A DNA stretch of 64,000 nucleotides, from positions 833 through 64,832 of the forward strand of contig DATCHD010000023.1 in the NCBI GenBank assembly GCA_036508555.1, read 5' to 3'. The notes under the pieces are model-generated. The model did no database searches, was not told where the DNA came from, and was given only the letters and a program-made list of their open reading frames with translations. A program made the position numbers and the translations under genes. Of the stretch, positions 57,730 to 64,000 are shown one piece after another (position 1 is the stretch's first letter; every line of letters starts with the position of its first letter). This DNA comes from Prolixibacteraceae bacterium. Its GTDB lineage: Bacteria; Bacteroidota; Bacteroidia; Bacteroidales; Prolixibacteraceae.

Positions 57730-60700
57730 ATGTCATCAAACGCGAGAGAAAGAGCCTTTTGCACCCTTATTGTCCCATTTATACTTTCATTGACCGCTCT
57801 CGCCCAGCAGTGGAATTTCCCGGACAATATCCACAAGTATATTGAGGATCCCGGGATGTTTGCCCTGAATCAGGAACCGGGTCATGTGCCGTTGGTGCCC
57901 TTCGCCTCTATCGATCAGGCATTGGAGAATGACTGGAACCAGTCCAGGGGCTACCTGTCACTGAATGGCACTTGGAAATTCAAATGGTCTGAGATTCCGG
58001 AACTGGCACCCAAAGATTTCTTTAACGAGAAATTCAAAGACCTTTCATGGGACAATATCAAAGTACCCGGAAACTGGGAGATGCAGGGATTCGGTGATCC
58101 CATGTTCCGAAATGTGTCACAGCCTTTCCCTTCTCATCCTCCCTTTATTCCACATGATTACAATCCGACAGGTTGCTATCGCCGCACATTTACTATACCA
58201 GATACCTGGAAAGATAAACAGGTATTTTTGCGTCTTGAAGCAGTAACTTCTGCCTCCTTCGTCTGGATCAACGGGAAGGAACTAGGTTTTAACGAAGGAG
58301 CCAACGAGCCCGCCGAATACAACATCACCCGCTTCCTGAAAAAAGGCACCAATACGCTGGCAGTTTTGGTAACCAAATACTCGTCCGGCACCTACCTCGA
58401 AGACCAGGATTTCTGGCGTCTGTCGGGAATTTTTCGCGATGTATATCTGCTGGCCGTTCCGGAAGTACATCTCCGCGACTATTTTGTCACAACCGACTTC
58501 GACAATAATTATCATGATGCGCAGCTCAATATCTCTGCTGAAATCAAAAATTATTCCACTTCCGCTGCCGGAAATTATTCGGTCAGGGCAACGCTTTTTG
58601 ACAAGAACAGCAAACAAATCGGGCCCTCTTTCAGCTCCTCAAAAGTATCCCTTAAAGAGAATGAAAATCGCCAAGTGCAGCTTTCTGCCAGAATTGACAA
58701 TCCTGGTAAGTGGTCGGCAGAAAAACCTAATTTGTACTCACTTATCCTCGAATTAATTGATCCTAAGGGAAATGTGTCAGAAGTACTTAGCAACAAAATC
58801 GGTTTTAAGAAGGTGGAAGTCAGTCATCAGGCGCTGCTGGTCAATGGCGTTCCGGTGAAACTCAACGGCACCAATTCACACATGCAGCATCCCGAACTGG
58901 GGCATACCATGGATCTTGAAACCATGCGCAAAGACCTGATTCTGATGAAGCAGTTCAACATCAACTGTGTCCGCACCAGCCATTATCCGCCGAACATTGA
59001 ATACCTCAAACTGGCCGACGAGCTTGGCATTTACATTGTGGATGAAACCGGCGACGAATCACACGCGACAGAATATATTTCCAAACTGGCCGAATGGAAA
59101 AATGCCTACATCGACCGCGTAACCGGGATGGTCCTGCGTGATCGGAACCATCCTTCCATTATTTTCTGGAGTGCCGGGAATGAAAGTGGATTTGGAAATA
59201 ACATTTGCGAGGTCATCAAAACCGGAAAATCCCTCGATCCGACCCGGTTGTTCATGTACGGCGGCAATACCGACGATGTAGCCTGGAAAAACGAGGTTCC
59301 TTGTGAAGATATCATCGGTCCAAGGTATGCGACGCCCTATGAATTACGTACCCGCATCGCGCAGGTTCCTGAGAGTCAGGACCCCCGACCTTCCTTTATG
59401 GATGAATACATATCCGTTGAAGGCAATGGCGGCGGGGGTTTCGATGAATATTGGGACGTTATCCGGAACTATCCGCGCATCTCGGGCGGTGCCATCTGGG
59501 ACTGGGTAAGCCCAGGCATAAAAGAAAGAATTCGAATCCTCAGGGATGATTCACCTAACCATATTTCGGTAGCGGTAAAAGGTCGCGGAATGCTGGCGGA
59601 TGGCAAATTCGGCAAGGGCATCGCACTGAGCGGCCACGATCAGTGGATGGATGCCTACCGGGATCCTGCCCTGGACATCACAGGCAAACAGCTGACACTT
59701 TCGCTCTGGATTTTCCCTCGCAAATGGAACGGAAATGGTCAAATGATCACCAAGGGAAGCTACCAGTTCGGATTAAACCAGTTCAGGAAAGACTCGCTCG
59801 AATTTTTCGTCACCGACAGCGAGAAAAAAACTTTGAAAGTATCCCTGCCTGAAAACTGGGAAAACAATTGGCACCATGTAGCAGGTATCGCCGACGGTAC
59901 AAACCTTGCAATCTATCTCGACGGGGTGAAATCGGGTAGTAAAGCCTTCTCTGGTTCGATCACTAACAAGCCCTTCCCTGTCAACATCGGCAGATTCTCG
60001 GATATCGAAGGCCAGGAATATCCTTTTAATCTCAGCAATGCCATATTTGACAGGATAAGCATTTTTGCCAAAGCAGTACCGGTCGATCAGCTAATGAATC
60101 CTTCGGATCAGCTGAAGCAACAGGCTTCCCTGTGGCTCGAACTCGACGAAATTGAGGATAAAGGAGAGTTTTACAGCACGGGAATCGGGGGACGAACATA
60201 CGGACTAATATGGCCGGATCGAAAGCCTCAACCCGAATTATATCAGGTAAAGAAATCGGCTCAACCAGTGCATGTTGAACTTATTAATGCTTCCGATGGA
60301 ACGATGGAAATCACCAATTATTTCGAATTCACCAACCTCGGCGAATTAAAAACCAGTTGGCAACTGCAGGCGGATGGTGAAATTCTTCAAAAGGGGGAAT
60401 TAAATCTCTCCCTTGCACCGCTGTCAAAGGCCCAGGTTCAGATTCCTATGAAAAAGCCGGTGCTTCAACTCGGTGTCGAATACAGATTGCTGCTGAGTTT
60501 TGCCCTGAAAGAGAATTCGGCATACGCTGCCAAGGGCCATGAAGTAGCCTGGGATCAGTTGGAATTACCCTGGCATGCATCATCTGAGCCTGTTATTGAT
60601 GCAACTGGTTCAAACTTAACATTGAAAGACACAGATGAATTAGTTACCATAACCGGCAAGGATTTTAAATATACTTTCAATAAAAAAACGGGGCAGCTTG

Positions 60701-61617
60701 CCGCTATGAATTACCTTGGTAAAGATCTTATCCGCGAAGGGGCGAAACTTAGTGTCTGGCGTGCTCCGCTTGCCAATGACCTCGATAACTGGGGAACCCA
60801 TGCGACTAACTTGAATCCAAAGAAACCGGGAATGGGCAATTTCCCGGCAGGTAGCTGGTATACCTACGGACTGGATCAGATGAAATTCAGTCTGGATAAA
60901 TTCACGGTGCTGGATCAGAAACCCGACAAAATCATCCTTGATATACAGGATCATGCTGAAGGAACAAATTACACCACCGCCTTCGACAACCACTACGTGT
61001 ACACCATCGATGGTTCTGGTGAAATTACGATCGATCATACCATTACACCTCAGGGGCTGATGCCATTGTGGTTGCCAAAAGTCGGATTACAATGGGTGAT
61101 TGATAAGTCTCTAAATTCAGTTTCCTGGTATGGAAGAGGACCATTCGAGACCTATCCCGACCGTAAAACAGGCGCTAAAATCGGAGTTTACAGTAAAACC
61201 GTCCAAGAGATGGCGGAGTCTTATCTGGTCCCACAGGATTATGGATGCCGAACAGACACTCGCTGGACCCGGCTTAAATCGGCCGAAGGAATCGGTCTGC
61301 AATTTTCCGGCTCCAGCCCCGAATCAACAGCTGGCAACGGATTGCCTACTGGTAGCGGTCCAGAACTGGCCGCTGACACTCAAGGTGCATTTTTCGGCAA
61401 CCATCTGTTCAATTTCAGCACTCAACTGTACAGCACAGATAATTTGTCTCGTGCCAGATACCCCTACCAACTTCAGCCAATGAACGATGGTTATATTTTT
61501 AACCTGGATTATGCGACCAGCGGAGTCGGCTGTACATCCATTTCCGTACTCGACAAATACCGTGTACTACCCCAGGAATACCACTTTACCCTTCATATTA
61601 AACCCTTCAAAAAGTAA
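57730..61617 (+). CDS. GH2-family glycosidase with an inserted LamG/concanavalin-A-like lectin domain (1295 aa)
   Basis: GH2 motifs DETGDESHA, WSAGNESGFG and FMDEYISVEGNGGGGFDEYW. A ~180-aa LamG-like insert (GKGIALSGHDQWMD...LTLSLWIFPRKW...WHHVAGIADGTNLAIYLDGV) follows the TIM barrel. Domain 5 present (WRAPLANDLDNWG). Confidence 0.85.
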   Translation: MSSNARERAFCTLIVPFILSLTALAQQWNFPDNIHKYIEDPGMFALNQEPGHVPLVPFASIDQALENDWNQSRGYLSLNGTWKFKWSEIPELAPKDFFNEKFKDLSWDNIKVPGNWEMQGFGDPMFRNVSQPFPSHPPFIPHDYNPTGCYRRTFTIPDTWKDKQVFLRLEAVTSASFVWINGKELGFNEGANEPAEYNITRFLKKGTNTLAVLVTKYSSGTYLEDQDFWRLSGIFRDVYLLAVPEVHLRDYFVTTDFDNNYHDAQLNISAEIKNYSTSAAGNYSVRATLFDKNSKQIGPSFSSSKVSLKENENRQVQLSARIDNPGKWSAEKPNLYSLILELIDPKGNVSEVLSNKIGFKKVEVSHQALLVNGVPVKLNGTNSHMQHPELGHTMDLETMRKDLILMKQFNINCVRTSHYPPNIEYLKLADELGIYIVDETGDESHATEYISKLAEWKNAYIDRVTGMVLRDRNHPSIIFWSAGNESGFGNNICEVIKTGKSLDPTRLFMYGGNTDDVAWKNEVPCEDIIGPRYATPYELRTRIAQVPESQDPRPSFMDEYISVEGNGGGGFDEYWDVIRNYPRISGGAIWDWVSPGIKERIRILRDDSPNHISVAVKGRGMLADGKFGKGIALSGHDQWMDAYRDPALDITGKQLTLSLWIFPRKWNGNGQMITKGSYQFGLNQFRKDSLEFFVTDSEKKTLKVSLPENWENNWHHVAGIADGTNLAIYLDGVKSGSKAFSGSITNKPFPVNIGRFSDIEGQEYPFNLSNAIFDRISIFAKAVPVDQLMNPSDQLKQQASLWLELDEIEDKGEFYSTGIGGRTYGLIWPDRKPQPELYQVKKSAQPVHVELINASDGTMEITNYFEFTNLGELKTSWQLQADGEILQKGELNLSLAPLSKAQVQIPMKKPVLQLGVEYRLLLSFALKENSAYAAKGHEVAWDQLELPWHASSEPVIDATGSNLTLKDTDELVTITGKDFKYTFNKKTGQLAAMNYLGKDLIREGAKLSVWRAPLANDLDNWGTHATNLNPKKPGMGNFPAGSWYTYGLDQMKFSLDKFTVLDQKPDKIILDIQDHAEGTNYTTAFDNHYVYTIDGSGEITIDHTITPQGLMPLWLPKVGLQWVIDKSLNSVSWYGRGPFETYPDRKTGAKIGVYSKTVQEMAESYLVPQDYGCRTDTRWTRLKSAEGIGLQFSGSSPESTAGNGLPTGSGPELAADTQGAFFGNHLFNFSTQLYSTDNLSRARYPYQLQPMNDGYIFNLDYATSGVGCTSISVLDKYRVLPQEYHFTLHIKPFKK

Positions 61618-61627
61618 AACTCTCGCT

Positions 61628-61670
61628 CCGGCGGATTTGCAATCCGCCGGAAATCTTTCACTTTTCATTT
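61628..61670. repeat. Family A 23-nt palindrome plus heptamer tail between convergent genes
   Basis: ccggcggatttgcaatccgccgg (61628-61650), then aaatctttcacttttcattt. Probably also a bidirectional terminator hairpin. Confidence 0.85.
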
Positions 61671-63069
61671 ATATAGAAGTACCGCACCCTGCACGCATTT
61701 CCCTTGCTTTGAGCATTCTTCTCAGGCAGCACCCTGATCTGCACCTGATGCCTTCCAGGAGTTAAATTATATCCTAAGGTATAAAACCACGGCAAATGCA
61801 GACCGGCGCTCCATTTAGTATAGAGATCCTGTTTCTGCCAGGGGTTCTTATCGATCCTGTATTCAATCATTCCGGCATCGGGTCCTGCTGCCACCGCGAT
61901 CCCAATGGCATTGCCCACAAATTTGTAGGCTAATATCCCGGTAGGGGCTTCGGCAATCAACATTGGCACATTCGTAAAATCTGGGCGAGTTCCGGTTTTG
62001 TCTGAGGGTTTCCATTCTTTCTCGACCCTCCATCCTTTAGCAGGTTTGACCTCAGCCGCTGGTAACAGTTTCCCCTTGTCGTAACATCCCTCCATTAACT
62101 TACCAGGAAGCTGGTAGGTCACAATCTTGTCATCATCAGCCACGAAGCCGCTCCAGCAATTGACCATAAACTTCTTCATCGACTGAAAATAAATATGATG
62201 GCCGAAAGGCGACGGATGCACGTCCTTGAAATCCTTTTGCCAGGAAAATTCCCCCTTATCGATGCGTTCGGTAACCTCTAAAGATCTACTCTGCCTTTGG
62301 CCAATACATCCCTTTCGAACCTGAAAGCCCCTGGTGTACTGCCCATAGAAGCGATACCCGCTTGTATGAAATCGAATCGTGTATTTGGAAATTTCTTTTG
62401 CAGATAGGCGCAAACGCTGTCCCGCCAGCCGGAGCCTTGTGTGATGGATCCCCCAAAAAAGGCCACCCGGCCACTCTTTTCGCGCTCGAAAACGATCTGG
62501 GCATTGTGCAATCTACTCCGGTAAGCATGGTAATTTCGGCTTTTGTAAATGTATTTAGCCATTAAGCCGGCACCATCTGTATTGGGGTGAATCTGATCTG
62601 GAAAAAGATTGGCATAACTCGTCAGAGCCGAATAAAGATCAATCACCTGCAAATGCTCTTCTGCCGCTAATTTCTCCACCGTTGGAATAACGCCATGTAC
62701 TATAACCGAATCGCTGATTCCCCATCGGCTGGCATAAGCAGGCCCTGGTTTGCAGAGATAGATAACAGGATGTGAAGGAAGGTTCTTAAGTTCCCTGACC
62801 ATTGCCCGGCTATCGGACAAAAATTCGCCGGCATATTCCCAGTTCTGGGGTTTCGTATCGTTGGTGCCCAGTTTAATAATGACCACATCAGGCAGAAATG
62901 CCTTTGCCTCGGCCCAGGCCCCTTCTTTCCAGTAAGGGAAATCACCCTTTTTGAGCATGGTCCTGCCACTGACGCCGAAATTGCGGACGATCCATTTGTC
63001 ACCAAGCATTCTGCCCAGCTGAGCTGGATACGAATCCCGCGACCTGTCAGAAATTCCTGAACCAAACAT
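61658..63069 (-). pseudogene. Tandem SGNH/GDSL-hydrolase gene, N-terminally truncated with an internal deletion/frameshift
   Basis: ORF 62278..63069 starts mid-motif (..FGSGISDRSRDSYPAQLGRMLGDKWIVRNFGVSGRT...DQIHPN), with no signal peptide and no G-D/N-S block. A second domain begins (VAFFGGSITQGSGW...GRVDL) and then stops. ORF 61658..62413, in another frame, resumes at EVTERIDKGEFSWQKDFKDVHPSPFGHH, so about 100 aa of the second domain appear to be missing. Confidence 0.6.
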
Positions 63070-63115
63070 TAGGAAATATTAGGGAAATTCATCATTCCCC
63101 TACAGTTGAATTTGT

Positions 63116-63285
63116 ACTAATATTGTGTTAAGTGCCTAATGGCGAAACGTCATTGTAAACTTGTTTCGGAATTGAGGAACGTCATTCCGAACTTGTTTCG
63201 GAATCCCCTGAATAGCGATGGGATGCTGAAACAAGTTCAGCATGACGCTGGACGCTGGATGCTTAAAGTTTAACACAACACTAAT
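63116..63285. repeat. Cluster of family C hairpin repeats bounded by an imperfect 16-nt inverted repeat
   Basis: acgtcattgtaaacttgtttcggaatt (63147-63173), acgtcattccgaacttgtttcggaatc (63179-63205) and the inverted copy gatgctgaaacaagttcagcatgacgc (63222-63248). Outer inverted repeat actaatattgtgttaa (63116-63131) versus ttaacacaacactaat (63270-63285), 13 of 16 complementary. Confidence 0.75.
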
Positions 63286-63353
63286 TGTCATAAAAAGTCT
63301 GAAAACGTTCGTTGGGTACGGCATTTATCCGTACATTTGTAAAAACAATAGCT

Positions 63354-63644
63354 ATGGATTCACAAACAGAACAGGAAAACAAAGCCCGGTTTGATACAAG
63401 ACTATCCAGGGATAAAAAATTAATGATTGAAAAAGCCGCACTATTGGGAGGTTACAAAAACCTTTCCGATTTTGTGGTATCAACAGTTTGTGAGAAGGCA
63501 CAAGCGATTATTCAAAAATCTGAGACAATTCTGTCCTCCCAAAGGGACAATGAGGTTTTCTTCGATGCACTGGTAAATCCACCGGAGCCAAATAACGCTT
63601 TGCGATCAGCAGTCAGTCAGTACAAGAAACAGGGCGCTGAATAA
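63354..63644 (+). CDS. DUF1778-family (TacA-like, RHH) antitoxin
   Basis: MDSQTEQENKARFDTRLSRDKKLMIEKAALLGGYKNLSDFVVSTVCEKAQAII matches the DUF1778 pattern. Its stop overlaps the next ATG. Confidence 0.8.
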   Translation: MDSQTEQENKARFDTRLSRDKKLMIEKAALLGGYKNLSDFVVSTVCEKAQAIIQKSETILSSQRDNEVFFDALVNPPEPNNALRSAVSQYKKQGAE

Positions 63645-64000
63645 TGGCAACCACTGTAATCCTTTGCCACGATCACCGGATACTGACATCAGATTTTAAT
63701 TGCGGTAAATTTATTCTTGATACCTATCTAAAAACACAGGCAAGTCAGGATGTTAAAAGAAAGCTTTCAGCGTGTTTCGTGTCTGTTGACCATGTGAGCG
63801 GATTAATTCAGGGATATTATACCCTTTCAAATAACAGCATCCCTCTAAAATTAATACCGGAAATTTACAGAAATAAATTACCTCCTTCATACAGTTCGAT
63901 TCCCGCCACACTTCTTGGAAGACTGGCTGTGGATGTACGATTCAAAGGAATAGGTATTGGCAGGATGCTATTGATAGATGCGTTAAGCAGAAGCTATGAA
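63644..64000 (+). CDS. GNAT-family acetyltransferase toxin (TacT-like), truncated by the right window edge
   Basis: MATTVILCHDHRILTSDFNCGKFILDTYLKTQASQDVKRKLSACFV...ATLLGRLAVDVRFKGIGIGRMLL is the typical partner of DUF1778 antitoxins. Absent from the ORF track because it has no stop in the window. Confidence 0.8.
   Translation, partial: MATTVILCHDHRILTSDFNCGKFILDTYLKTQASQDVKRKLSACFVSVDHVSGLIQGYYTLSNNSIPLKLIPEIYRNKLPPSYSSIPATLLGRLAVDVRFKGIGIGRMLLIDALSRSYE

Noticed and set aside
63136-63324. 62-aa reverse ORF (..VMLNLFQHPIAIQGIPKQVRNDVPQFRNKFTMTFRH)
   Set aside because: It is composed entirely of translated family C hairpin repeats, a well-known spurious-ORF source in Bacteroidota.

Overview
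This 64 kb window looks like a Bacteroidota chromosomal segment. Support: a SusD-type fragment, TonB-dependent receptors, TAnnTTTG-type promoter boxes, Tat-signal Gfo/Idh/MocA enzymes, and typical Bacteroidota REP-like intergenic palindromes. Most of it is housekeeping and envelope genes. I recognise pheS, an M3 dipeptidase (dcp), tRNA-Asn(GTT), a DsbD-type reductase, an acyl-CoA synthetase, a P-type ATPase and a TolC/MacA/MacB efflux operon followed by a LytS/LytTR two-component pair. Also present are a thioredoxin-ApbE-DUF4266-DUF3570 flavinylation cluster, a partial GDP-heptose pathway with a GT4 and an LTA-synthase-like protein, cstA, and two tandem GH2 beta-galactosidases.

Four things deserve a second look:
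- **Envelope operon (3775-10430).** Five tightly coupled genes: a 1252-aa twin-propeller/methyltransferase-like/malectin exoprotein, a lipoprotein, a tail-anchored micro-protein and an FtsX/ABC pair. I cannot match this composition to any characterised system.
- **DoxX fusion protein (25508-27049).** It carries an internal fossil Tat signal followed by a D-x-x-T-G-A-T motif that fits the ApbE flavinylation consensus.
- **Modular intergenic repeats.** The modules are a 23-nt palindrome, a 48-nt nested palindrome and TTTTCAC heptamers. They abut start codons, donate stop codons, and occur three times in frame inside the DsbD linker. A separate 69-nt structured element occurs twice.
- **AT-rich stretch next to tRNA-Asn (15.7-18.9 kb).** A direct-repeat-flanked two-gene module sits beside a patchwork of gene remnants (HepT/MNT, sigma-70, Crp, PAS).

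Pseudogenes are unusually dense overall: susD disrupted by an IS630-like element, a frameshifted IS200 tnpA, and fragments of SGNH, Gfo/Idh/MocA and FAD-oxidoreductase genes. I found no CRISPR array, rRNA, prophage or recognisable defence system. A TacA/TacT-type toxin-antitoxin pair runs off the right edge. All functional calls come from motif recognition by eye; no searches were run.
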